From contig OZ242029.1 of the NCBI GenBank assembly GCA_965205015.1, forward strand, positions 2,880,001 to 2,944,000: a stretch of 64,000 nucleotides of DNA, read 5' to 3'. Position numbers and translations under genes: made by a program. The first letter of the stretch is position 1, and each line of letters starts with the position of its first letter. The notes below the pieces were generated by a model. The model was not told the DNA's origin. It did not search any database and was given only the letters and a program-made list of their open reading frames with translations. This stretch comes from Candidatus Poribacteria bacterium. GTDB lineage: Bacteria > Poribacteria > WGA-4E > WGA-3G. Positions 48,741 to 57,814 of this stretch are shown piece after piece.

Positions 48741-49823
48741 TCATGCCTTGATACCAATTGAATTCAAAACTTTTTTGTATTCCCCCTCATTTTTGTTTTT
48801 GGGGGGAAGGAACATGAATCGCCTACGAACGCCTCTAAGCAGTGGAATCTCTTCTATGCATTTCTTGTGCCACATGTCTGAAGATATAAAAGTGACATTA
48901 GCATCGATAGCATAATATAGATATTCAAAATCCCTGAGTGCTCCTCGCGGAGATGAATTTTCTCTGTTCTCAGCGAGATATAAAAAAATAGTGGAATACA
49001 ATTGTGTGGCAGCCCGAGCGTATGGAGCAAATTTATCAATGGGTGGTTTTCCAGCCTTGTTAAATCGATTGAAAATTTCCGTTTGTTCATCAATAGAAAG
49101 CGGTATAATGGATACGTTGCATAAGAATTTTAATATGGACTCGGTATCGTAGTAAATTGCTTTATGAACCCATCTGTAAGCCTTTTCAAGAGTATTGAGT
49201 ATGAAAAATTCTTTATAGTTATCTCGGTAGTTGTCTAAAGCCTCTCTGATATCTGAAACATTTCTACGACCTCTTGCTATGAGAGGAACTCTTGCACTTA
49301 GTGGGATATTTTGACTGAACTGTCCGATTGCTTGGTTAAATTCCCGTACAATATTTTCGTCGGGAATATCTCTGTGATCCTTGGCTAATTCAATCAATTT
49401 TGCATCTCCAATATCTATGCCACGAAGTAGAGACATTTGGTTTTTGAGTCGTTTTTCTGCTGCTTCCATTCCCTCCACAACACGAAGTGCTTGTCTTTCC
49501 ATTTCTTCGCGATCTGCTTCTGGCTCGCTATAGATTGATGCAGTTGGTATTTTTGCTCCAACTCTGTAGCGATGTGATGATGCTTTAAGCAGATCCAGTT
49601 TGGCACGTTGTCCCCAGTGAAGAACATTTATCGTATTTTCAAAGTCAAATAAGGCACTCGGTTTGTCGAGTCCATGTTGAGCGTTCTCAATAAAGAGAAT
49701 TGGCGGATAGAGGATCGCATGTTTGGAATCTAACCTTTTACGCTGTTCCGAGTTCAATAAACGTAAAACGGATTTGTCCAAAAGTAGTAATTTTTTTTCT
49801 ACTTTTCTTTTTCTTTTCTTCAT
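48741..49823 (-). CDS. Large PIN-like fold protein
   Basis: N-terminal LLLLDKS and LFIE; C-terminal RDFEYLYY...FISSD; ~250-aa helical insert; AGGAG RBS before ATG 49823. Confidence 0.6.
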   Translation of the reverse strand: MKKRKRKVEKKLLLLDKSVLRLLNSEQRKRLDSKHAILYPPILFIENAQHGLDKPSALFDFENTINVLHWGQRAKLDLLKASSHRYRVGAKIPTASIYSEPEADREEMERQALRVVEGMEAAEKRLKNQMSLLRGIDIGDAKLIELAKDHRDIPDENIVREFNQAIGQFSQNIPLSARVPLIARGRRNVSDIREALDNYRDNYKEFFILNTLEKAYRWVHKAIYYDTESILKFLCNVSIIPLSIDEQTEIFNRFNKAGKPPIDKFAPYARAATQLYSTIFLYLAENRENSSPRGALRDFEYLYYAIDANVTFISSDMWHKKCIEEIPLLRGVRRRFMFLPPKNKNEGEYKKVLNSIGIKA

Positions 49824-49824
49824 T

Positions 49825-50595
49825 TTAAAGCCTCTCCTTTTCCACAAGGAAACCGTGTTGTGTGAGTTCAGTAGATGCAACTTTCCAGACTGCGCGTGCT
49901 TGTTTAACAGCCTCAGATGCGTCTGTTTCCGTGGCTTCTTGCACGTCGTCTGGATAGCGAGCTCCGACTGCCCATCTGTTGAGGTCTCCTAAGTTTGGTA
50001 GAGCGGTTTTGAGGTGCCAACTCTCAGGCAGCAAGTCCCGTAGAACGTTCAAGTCATGTGTTCTCTGAAAATCGATCTGTAAGAAGATTAATACCGCCTT
50101 TAGAGCCTTCTCAGCCGCTTGTTGCGCGTGCCAACAGGCTTGGCGAGGTGGAACATGTGAATGCCCTAAAAAAGTTTCAGCAGTTATTAAATCTTCCTCC
50201 GCATGGCGCAGCCAGCGGACAGTGTCTATGAGTTGATCCCTTGTTTGTATAGCGGATTTTATCTTCTTCTTGGGCATACTGCACCGACTTTTCCAAAGGA
50301 CTTTACCCTCTTGTTGGGCATACCGCAGCACGGAGCCGATCCGAGTGCGGCTGCGTTCAAGCTCCTCGGGGGTGGATACGATGATGTCTTTTGCGACAGG
50401 TAAATCAGATAGTGCGCGATCAATAGCAATGGCGATTTTCCGTTTATCCGTGAGTTCCCCAAAAACCACGAGCAGATCTATGTCGCTATCTCGATCTGCG
50501 TCCCCTCGTGCCTGTGAACCGAAGAGGATAATCTGCAAAGGGTTGAAGTCCCGCACGATGCGCTCTGTCATGATTGGGATAAAATCGTTATTCAT
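49825..50595 (-). CDS. Fused minimal nucleotidyltransferase (MNT)-HEPN protein
   Basis: LFGSQARGDADRDSDIDLLVV then AEEDL...HAQQAAEKALKA...THDL...ARYP in one frame; GGAGGTG RBS before ATG 50595. Confidence 0.85.
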   Translation of the reverse strand: MNNDFIPIMTERIVRDFNPLQIILFGSQARGDADRDSDIDLLVVFGELTDKRKIAIAIDRALSDLPVAKDIIVSTPEELERSRTRIGSVLRYAQQEGKVLWKSRCSMPKKKIKSAIQTRDQLIDTVRWLRHAEEDLITAETFLGHSHVPPRQACWHAQQAAEKALKAVLIFLQIDFQRTHDLNVLRDLLPESWHLKTALPNLGDLNRWAVGARYPDDVQEATETDASEAVKQARAVWKVASTELTQHGFLVEKERL

Positions 50596-50617
50596 CTGAT
50601 TTTCACCTCCCAATTTC

Positions 50618-53600
50618 TTAACTCGGTGCTTCCGCACGAGCAAGCAGTTTGTTGAGGTTATAATTGACGCTTGTCGCGTTGAAGTCCGGTTCCTTCTGGA
50701 ACGGTTCTCGAATGTAGCGAGGTTCTTTCACTGTCTCACCATCTATTTCAACGATAGCGAGAATAAAGTTGTCCGGCTTGTTGAATGCCGTAAAAATCTG
50801 CGTTTTAGAAACAGTAACAGTTGTCGCAGCAACGGACTTTCCTTTTACCTCAATGAACAACAACTGATTGGTGTTCGGATCCCTGGACTCAATGTCGTAG
50901 CCAGGATTTTCATGGTGCATCTCTTTCGGCTCTCGACCCAACCTGCATTCTGCCTCCATAACAGCATCGACTGCGAGTCTATCAATTCGTTCTCTGTCGG
51001 TTTGCGAAACTTCAATAGATGTGGGGAGTTCGGGCTCGGTGGCAGCCTCTAATAAACGCCGTGGGACAATAAGCGCACCACCGATAACGACCGGTGACAT
51101 TGGTGAGATACGACGCTCCAATTCTAACTCGTCTGTCCGTTTTTGAAGTCGTGCTTGCAATTCATCAGCGCGTTGCCGTGCCTGTGCAGCATTGAGACTC
51201 GCCATCTGTTTCCCGGCTTCCTCTTGCAGTTTTAGCTCATAAGCCCGGTTGTCCCAGTGGTTAATCTCTTTTGTCAATCGTGCTTTGACTGCGTCCATCG
51301 TTTTTTGCACAAGTCGTTCTTTATGCGCCTTGATTTCATTGAGATGTTCTGGGATAAGATGTTCCGCTGCATAAGCGATAATCTCCGATTCCAGATCGTC
51401 CCGTAACCACTGTGCTTCTAATACTGTTGCTATCCCTGAACGTTCATCGTCAGTTATTGGGCGGTAGTCGAGGTAAGGAGCGTATCCCGGATTGCTAACA
51501 ACTTTGTTGCTATTGATTTCCACAAATTGCATTTGCCGCGAAACAGTCCATCTGTTGCCATCACGGCGCACACGTCCATCTTGGATAGCATGCTCAAGAT
51601 AAAATAGGACGCGAACGTCATCACTCTGTTCATGCGGATCCACCAAAATAGCACCTTGTTTAAGTAGGTTGCGGTGGTGTTCGAGTATTAAATCCAACGT
51701 TGCATCCAGCAACGGATGTCCCGGACAGACGAACGCGGCGAGCGGTTTGCCTTGAATGCGAACCTTATCCTTTTCAAATGTAATCCGCTCGTATCGCTGT
51801 TGGATAGGTTCACCGCTGCCGATACTTATGTCTCGGTTACGAATTATCGCGGGGACATTACGAATTTCGTAGCGTTTGGGTTCACGTTCTCGAAGGGTTC
51901 CACCAAGTTGTGCAAACGCCTCACGGAAAAAAGAGGCGATAAAGTGCGGCTGCAAACGCCTCGCTTCTGCGCGTTCCATTTCATCACGGATGTTACCGAG
52001 TTGAGTTGTATCAATTGTTCCATGTGTTAAGGAGTGTTCATCAATCAGTGATTGTAAATGATTTCTATCTAATGCGCTGTCAATCACTTCTGTCAGTCGT
52101 GCCTTGACTTCAGGTGTGTCGCCTGCACGAATCGCGTCAATGAGCATATCCCGTAATGATGTATCGGTAAAACATTTACCGAGTACATCGAAGACCGCGC
52201 CTCCCAATGCTTTACGCTGTTGTTCAAGTTTGTCGAGGAGTGCCTCAAACACTGCGCCCTCGCGAGTGTCTGAGGCGACAAGATTCCAGAGGTGACACAC
52301 TTCTGTCTGTCCGATTCGGTGGATCCGTCCGAACCGCTGTTCAACGCGATTGGGATTCCACGGCAGGTCGTAGTTCACCATAAGATGTGCGCGTTGTAGA
52401 TTGATACCTTCACCTGCAGCATCCGTTGCAACCAAAATTTGTACCTCTGGGTCTTGGGTGAATAATTCCTGGACCTTCTGTCGATCGTTATGTCGCATGC
52501 TGCCGTGAATCGTGACAACCGCTTCGGGGCGTCCGATCAGTGTTTGAATGCGTTCTGTCAAATAGCGGAGCGTATCTCGATGCTCTGTGAAGATGATGAG
52601 TTTGCGCCGATATCCTTGCAGGTTAAACAATTCGTGAGCAGGAGCATCGCCTTCCCCTTGTAAAAGATTTGACAATTCCTCCCACTTCCGGTCTGTACCG
52701 CTTTGGTGGACGTTTTGTGCGAGCGTCTCTAAGCGTTGAAGCGTCTGGATTTCAGCTTGCAGTTCAGCAATAGTCTGCGCTGCCGAGGCACGTGCGACGA
52801 CTGCTTCCTCAGTCGTTTCCACTTCTTCAGCGGGGGCTTCGTCATAAAAGTCGTCTGCCTGCGCAGCGTCCGCAGGTAGGTTATCATCCGCTTGTATATC
52901 TAACCTATCTTGGGCATGAGGCTTGCGTTGTTTTTCTTCCTGTTGCCGTTCTTCCAACCGTTCCCGGCGACGTTGGATTGAGCGATAAATCGCCTCTGGT
53001 GAGGATGCAAGTCTTCGCTGTAGGATGGTGAGCGCGAAGCCGACTCTGTTACCGCGTTGCCCATCAAGCCGGTCGGCGCGATTCATCTCCTCGCGGACGT
53101 ATTCTGTTACCTCGTCGTATAGTTCCGCCTCTAATTCAGATAACTCGTAGTTAACCGTGTAAGCGAACCGTTCTGGGAAGAGCCGTGTCCCATCGAATTT
53201 CAGCAGCTCTTCTTTAACCATACGACGCATCAGATCGGAGGTATCCACGGTAGGGACGCCTTCTCGAAAACGTCCTGCAAACCGATCCGGATCGAGGAGT
53301 GCCATAAAGCGTTGAAACTCCGCTTCTTTACCGTTGTGGGGTGTCGCGGTTAACAATAGAAAATGGCGTGTAAGGTTTCCAAGCAATTCCCCGAGTTGAT
53401 AGCGTTTTGTCAGAGATATTTTATTCCCAAAGACTGAAGCCGACATCTTGTGTGCTTCATCACAGACGATAACGTCCCAGTTGGTTACCTTTAATTTCGC
53501 TTGAATATCTTCACTACGACTTAATTGGTCCAGCCGACAGATAAGGAGATTCTCTTCCTGAAACAGGTTGCCAGTGCGAGCTGTATTAAATTTTTCGCGG

Positions 53601-54148
53601 GTGAAAACCTCAAAGGAGAGATAAAAGCGTTGACGGAGTTCTGCCTGCCACTGCTCGACGAGGCTACCCGGACATACAATCAGGCACCGTTTCAGGTCGC
53701 CGCGGACGAGGAGTTCCTTGAGATACAACCCGGTCATAATCGTCTTTCCTGCGCCGGGATCATCCGCGAGCAGATAGCGCAAAGGTTGGCGTGGCAGCAT
53801 CTCTTCGTAAACCGCGGTAATTTGGTGTGGTAGCGGTTCTACTTGTGAGATGTGGACTGCCAGACGCGGATCAAACAGATGTGCCAACCGAATGCGATGG
53901 GCTTCAGAGACAAGCCGAAAATTCTCACCATCTCCGTCAAAACTCCATGGGAGGCTTTCGGTGAGGATTTCAAGGGAGGATTCACTCTCGCGGTACAGGA
54001 GTTCACTACCGAGTTGACCATCGGCAGCTTTGTAAGTCAGTTCAATTCCAACAGTCCCTAACGGTTTCGCAGCAACAACGGTGACCTGTTGGTTCGGTAA
54101 TATGCCTTTGACAATAGTGCCTGGTTGAAGTTCTTCTAAGCGTGCCAA
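50618..54148 (-). CDS. SNF2-family helicase with C-terminal DUF3883 (NOV-like) nuclease domain (HmaA-like)
   Basis: PLPHQ, LLADDPGAGKT, DEAH, LTATPH, ATDAAGEGINLQ, EQRFGRIHRIGQ; C-terminal GYDIES...IEVKG. Confidence 0.93.
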   Translation of the reverse strand: MARLEELQPGTIVKGILPNQQVTVVAAKPLGTVGIELTYKAADGQLGSELLYRESESSLEILTESLPWSFDGDGENFRLVSEAHRIRLAHLFDPRLAVHISQVEPLPHQITAVYEEMLPRQPLRYLLADDPGAGKTIMTGLYLKELLVRGDLKRCLIVCPGSLVEQWQAELRQRFYLSFEVFTREKFNTARTGNLFQEENLLICRLDQLSRSEDIQAKLKVTNWDVIVCDEAHKMSASVFGNKISLTKRYQLGELLGNLTRHFLLLTATPHNGKEAEFQRFMALLDPDRFAGRFREGVPTVDTSDLMRRMVKEELLKFDGTRLFPERFAYTVNYELSELEAELYDEVTEYVREEMNRADRLDGQRGNRVGFALTILQRRLASSPEAIYRSIQRRRERLEERQQEEKQRKPHAQDRLDIQADDNLPADAAQADDFYDEAPAEEVETTEEAVVARASAAQTIAELQAEIQTLQRLETLAQNVHQSGTDRKWEELSNLLQGEGDAPAHELFNLQGYRRKLIIFTEHRDTLRYLTERIQTLIGRPEAVVTIHGSMRHNDRQKVQELFTQDPEVQILVATDAAGEGINLQRAHLMVNYDLPWNPNRVEQRFGRIHRIGQTEVCHLWNLVASDTREGAVFEALLDKLEQQRKALGGAVFDVLGKCFTDTSLRDMLIDAIRAGDTPEVKARLTEVIDSALDRNHLQSLIDEHSLTHGTIDTTQLGNIRDEMERAEARRLQPHFIASFFREAFAQLGGTLREREPKRYEIRNVPAIIRNRDISIGSGEPIQQRYERITFEKDKVRIQGKPLAAFVCPGHPLLDATLDLILEHHRNLLKQGAILVDPHEQSDDVRVLFYLEHAIQDGRVRRDGNRWTVSRQMQFVEINSNKVVSNPGYAPYLDYRPITDDERSGIATVLEAQWLRDDLESEIIAYAAEHLIPEHLNEIKAHKERLVQKTMDAVKARLTKEINHWDNRAYELKLQEEAGKQMASLNAAQARQRADELQARLQKRTDELELERRISPMSPVVIGGALIVPRRLLEAATEPELPTSIEVSQTDRERIDRLAVDAVMEAECRLGREPKEMHHENPGYDIESRDPNTNQLLFIEVKGKSVAATTVTVSKTQIFTAFNKPDNFILAIVEIDGETVKEPRYIREPFQKEPDFNATSVNYNLNKLLARAEAPS

Positions 54149-54277
54149 ATTGAGTCATCCTTGCGTTTTAGGTTAATTGAAATAGTTGCGAATGGAACGG
54201 ATTTCGCAGATTTTGGGAACTCTATTTTTTTACGGTTTTCGTAAAAATGTAATGAATTTTACCGATGCCAATGCCTT

Positions 54278-54412
54278 AAAATGTTACACCAGTGTAACAT
54301 TGCAGACACAGGGGTCAGTATCTCTAACCTTAGATGCTGTCTGCCTTCCGAAGCATTTTTTAGGACTGATGTTCTGTCAGAAAAAAATAATTTGGCGGAA
54401 GTGTAACATTTT
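54278..54412. repeat. Palindrome plus distal half-site (operator or MITE) upstream of the helicase gene
   Basis: AATGTTACAC-CA-GTGTAACATT at 54280..54301; second GTGTAACATTTT at 54401..54412. Confidence 0.6.
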
Positions 54413-54459
54413 CTTTGTTTTTGATGTGCTTCCTTAGTGATTGGGATTTACATACATCT

Positions 54460-54488
54460 ATGATAACATATTTGATGTAGGGATGCAA
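54460..54488 (-). promoter_or_regulatory. Sigma70-like promoter of the helicase/cargo operon
   Basis: Minus strand TTGCAT-N17-TATCAT with extended TG. Confidence 0.55.
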
Positions 54489-54595
54489 ATTTATCTTTAT
54501 CGTGAAATCTACAATTACTTGGACATAGTGAGAAGGCGAGGTTGCAAATCTCGCCCAGTCGGAGGTATGAGGTGGTTAGGATGACTATTTAATGT

Positions 54596-55957
54596 GTCAC
54601 TTACCCCCATTTTTTTCTGAAGGTTTGTGGTGAAAGGTTTTAGTTGTAAAAAGTGTGAGAAACTCAGTGGGTTTATGATAAAATACCTCCTTACAGCAAC
54701 TGTTTGTAAACGCATTTTACAAAACATGTAAGGAGGTATTTTATGAAAAAGAGATACCCAAAACGGGTAAATCCAGAAACGATGATAACACGTTTTGGAG
54801 AAATCTTCAAGTCTGTTGGTATGAAAAAACCGGTTTTTCGGAATCTGGTATTGGTCTTGATAGCGATCAGTGTTGCCCCGACGTTTCGGATCAATGAAGT
54901 TGCGTCGCGTTTGTCGCTCGTCGTCAAGCGGGAGAAGTCGAAACAGAAAAGGTTTCTGCGTTTCCTTGACACCCCACTGCCGATTGATGCGCTCAAAGAA
55001 GCGTGGTTCGTGTCGGTTGTGGGTTGGTTTTTCAAGGATGCGGGTGCTCATCTGTATTTGCTCGTTGATGAGACGTCTCTGATTGCCGGGTGGAAAGCCC
55101 TTGTTGTTTCGATCCCGTTTCGGCATCGTGCGATCCCTGTCTTTTGGTTCATCTATAGCGATCACCAGCTTCACGAGGGTATCTATAAGAGTCATAATGA
55201 GATTATCCAATACTTCTGTGTCCATGTTTATCAAGAGGCTTTAGGGGTGGTGTCGCGGCATCAACAACGACCTGTTCTGGTGTTTGACCGTGGTTTTGGG
55301 CGTGCGCGATACGTCATCAAGTTTCTCAAGGCACGGGATATCCCGTTCGTGATGCGTGTTGCGAGAAATGTCGGTATCCGGCATGATGGGAGTCTGAAGA
55401 AACTTGATGACCTCGAAGCGGGCTGGTATCGGCATATCCTTTATCAGGCGCAGGAGCAGATACCGCTTCAACTCTATATCCTCAGAGATGAGACCTTCAA
55501 AGACCCGATGTATCTTATCTCCAATCGCCTCAGTGGACATCAGATACATCACTGCTACAAACGCCGCATGCAGATTGAACACGGGTTTCGAGATATAAAG
55601 TCGTGCTTCGGATTTGGTAAACTCGTCTTGAAAAAACCGACACAAGCGCGTCTGGAGGTCCTTTGGTTATGTGCCTGCCTCGCTTATGGATTGCTGTTTA
55701 TCAGTTACGAGAAGGTCGCCTCTACGCATTGGCAGAGGGCATATAATAGTAATAACAGAAAAACTTTTTCTGTTATTACTATTATCAAACGCGTGCTCAC
55801 CGACTTATGGAACCAACACTTTCTTATCTCCTTTTTCACCGAGATAGGTGCCAGAGGGGATCCACTTTTCGGACCCACTCACTGACTGACTTTCTCACAG
55901 AAAAACCTGACTACATCAACTACAATCTACTCTCGAAAAAAAATGGGGGTAAGTGAC
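54596..55957 (+). mobile_element. Intact IS4-family insertion sequence (1362 bp)
   Basis: Perfect 21-bp TIR GTCACTTACCCCCATTTTTTT at both ends; 11-bp target duplication CTATTTAATGT (54585..54595 and 55958..55968). Confidence 0.92.
54743..55885 (+). CDS. DDE transposase (IS4-like)
   Basis: LLVDET, VFDRGF, YKRRMQIEHGFRDIKS (YREK-like signature). Confidence 0.92.
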   Translation: MKKRYPKRVNPETMITRFGEIFKSVGMKKPVFRNLVLVLIAISVAPTFRINEVASRLSLVVKREKSKQKRFLRFLDTPLPIDALKEAWFVSVVGWFFKDAGAHLYLLVDETSLIAGWKALVVSIPFRHRAIPVFWFIYSDHQLHEGIYKSHNEIIQYFCVHVYQEALGVVSRHQQRPVLVFDRGFGRARYVIKFLKARDIPFVMRVARNVGIRHDGSLKKLDDLEAGWYRHILYQAQEQIPLQLYILRDETFKDPMYLISNRLSGHQIHHCYKRRMQIEHGFRDIKSCFGFGKLVLKKPTQARLEVLWLCACLAYGLLFISYEKVASTHWQRAYNSNNRKTFSVITIIKRVLTDLWNQHFLISFFTEIGARGDPLFGPTH

Positions 55958-56007
55958 CTATTTAATGTTTGTTGCTTTAACCTGTGGATTTATGCTAATA
56001 TAATGTC

Positions 56008-57045
56008 GTGAACTTAAAAGCCATTTTTGAACAACTTCAAGGCAAGCGGGTCGTGATTATCGGTGATGTCATCCTGGACACATATATCTGGGGGGATGTG
56101 AAGCGAATTTCGCCCGAAGCCCCTGTTCCAGTGTTTGAGACGTTGACAGAGCAGACCGGATGTGGTGGTGCGGCGAATGTCGCCCAGAATGTTGCCAGCT
56201 TAGGTGGCAACGCAACTCTGGTCGGGGTCATCGGTGAGGACAGGGAAGGCGAAAAGTTAGTCCAGATGCTCACCGAGATGAATCTCATGACTACCGGGGT
56301 CTATAGGGATCCTCAGCGCCCGACAAGCACAAAAACACGCGTCATTGCCCGGGGTGCCACGATCTCCCCGGATCGGGAACGGGATTCGGGGCATCATCTG
56401 CTCCGCATTGACAGGGAATCCAAGCAGGAGATCTCTCCCCAGATACGGGAACACCTGTTGGACACTGTCGCTTCTCAGTTGCCAGCAAGCGATGCAATTA
56501 TCTTCGCTGATTACGATAAAGGGGTGGTCACTGACCTGTTTATCAAGGGTGTTATGAAACACGCCAAGTCTTACGGTATCCCCATTATCGTCGATCCGAA
56601 GCAAAACAACTTCTGGCACTATGAAGGTGTAACCGCCGTTACGCCGAACCATAAAGAGGCAAGTGCCGCTGTCCATAAAGACATCGTGGATGTGTCCGAT
56701 CTGGTCGCTATTGGTGAGAAAATTCTGGACAGGTTATCCCTCAAAGCGTTGCTAATCACTCGCGACGCGAAGGGGATGTCTCTGTTTCAACGTGAGGCGG
56801 ACAGTACTGTCAAGGTGGAACACCTCCCACCACATTCAAACATCGTGACGGATGTTACAGGCGCAGGGGACACGGTTGTCGCCGCCTTCACGCTTGCACT
56901 CGCGGCGGATGCTGAATTTCGGAGTGCTGCGATGCTGTCCAGTCTCGCGGGTGGAATAGCCGTCGGTAAGATGGGGTGTGCAACCGTCACACCGAAGGAA
57001 TTGCTGCACGCTATTGAAACGACAGTGCCTGCTCCGGGACTGTAG
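56008..57045 (+). CDS. rfaE1: D-glycero-D-manno-heptose-7-phosphate kinase (RfaE domain I/HldA, PfkB family)
   Basis: GDVILD, RISPEAPVPV, GGAANVA, DYDKG, TPN, DVTGAGDT. Confidence 0.92.
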   Translation: MNLKAIFEQLQGKRVVIIGDVILDTYIWGDVKRISPEAPVPVFETLTEQTGCGGAANVAQNVASLGGNATLVGVIGEDREGEKLVQMLTEMNLMTTGVYRDPQRPTSTKTRVIARGATISPDRERDSGHHLLRIDRESKQEISPQIREHLLDTVASQLPASDAIIFADYDKGVVTDLFIKGVMKHAKSYGIPIIVDPKQNNFWHYEGVTAVTPNHKEASAAVHKDIVDVSDLVAIGEKILDRLSLKALLITRDAKGMSLFQREADSTVKVEHLPPHSNIVTDVTGAGDTVVAAFTLALAADAEFRSAAMLSSLAGGIAVGKMGCATVTPKELLHAIETTVPAPGL

Positions 57046-57057
57046 GGAAAAGTAAGA

Positions 57058-57639
57058 ATGAGGACTATTTTTCTGGATCGGGACGGTGTTATCAACCGGA
57101 ATCCACCCAATAAAGGCTACGTCCGGAAATGGGCAGAATTCACCTTTCTTCCGAATGCTCGGAAAGCAATCCGAGAATTATCGGAAAGTGGTTATCGAAT
57201 TATTGTTGTGACCAATCAATCAGGAATCGGGAGAGGGCTCTATTCAGAGGAAGATTTGGCGGATATCCACTCGAAAATGGTCTCCGAAGTTAGCAAAGCG
57301 GGTGGAACAATTGATGCCGTTTATTACTGTCCACACCGTCCCGATGCAGGGTGCGAGTGTCGAAAACCGAAGCCGGGTATGTTAGTACGCGCCGCACGTG
57401 AGCACAACATTGACCTGTCAAACGTCTATTTGATTGGCGACGTACCTACAGATATTGAAGCGGGACAACGTGTCGGTGCTACAACGTTTCTCGTTTTAAC
57501 AGGACTTGGACGGGAGAGTTATTACCACTACATTAATACAAAACCTTGTCGGCATGCGGATAAGAACGAACACCGTCCCGATAAAATCTTCACAAATCTT
57601 TACACAGCGACGCGCTGGCTCAGGGAGATTAAACGGTAG
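57058..57639 (+). CDS. gmhB: D-glycero-D-manno-heptose 1,7-bisphosphate phosphatase
   Basis: FLDRDGVIN, VTNQSGI, CPH...CECRKPKPGM, IGD...D. Confidence 0.92.
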   Translation: MRTIFLDRDGVINRNPPNKGYVRKWAEFTFLPNARKAIRELSESGYRIIVVTNQSGIGRGLYSEEDLADIHSKMVSEVSKAGGTIDAVYYCPHRPDAGCECRKPKPGMLVRAAREHNIDLSNVYLIGDVPTDIEAGQRVGATTFLVLTGLGRESYYHYINTKPCRHADKNEHRPDKIFTNLYTATRWLREIKR

Positions 57640-57814
57640 CCTACAACAATACGCAGAAATACACAGAAACACACAGAAATACCCAAGCAAAGACACCAAG
57701 CAAAGACTTTCTTCGCATTGGATTTCAGCGTTTGCAAAAACACGCAGGCGGGTTTACGCAAAGGCACGAGAAAGTTCCAATTTCCCTGACCGACCCGCAA
57801 GGTAAAATTAAAAA
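57640..57814 (+). repeat. Dispersed repeat, family C (ends CCGCAAGG-AAAATTAAAA); other copies end near 11917, 33070, 62674 (+) and 37744, 60868 (-)
   Basis: Shared blocks GCCT(A/G)CAACAA, GGCACG and ACCGCAAGG(A/T)AAA(A)TTAAAA; internal CAGAAA/CCAAGCAAA sub-repeats also seen inverted at ~62565-62600. Confidence 0.65.

Noticed and set aside
54186-54437. 83-aa plus-strand ORF
   Set aside because: Overlaps the palindromic repeat in the leader region, has no RBS and no recognisable motif.
54515-55234. 239-aa minus-strand ORF
   Set aside because: Antisense shadow of the transposase, crosses the IS boundary, and has no recognisable motif.
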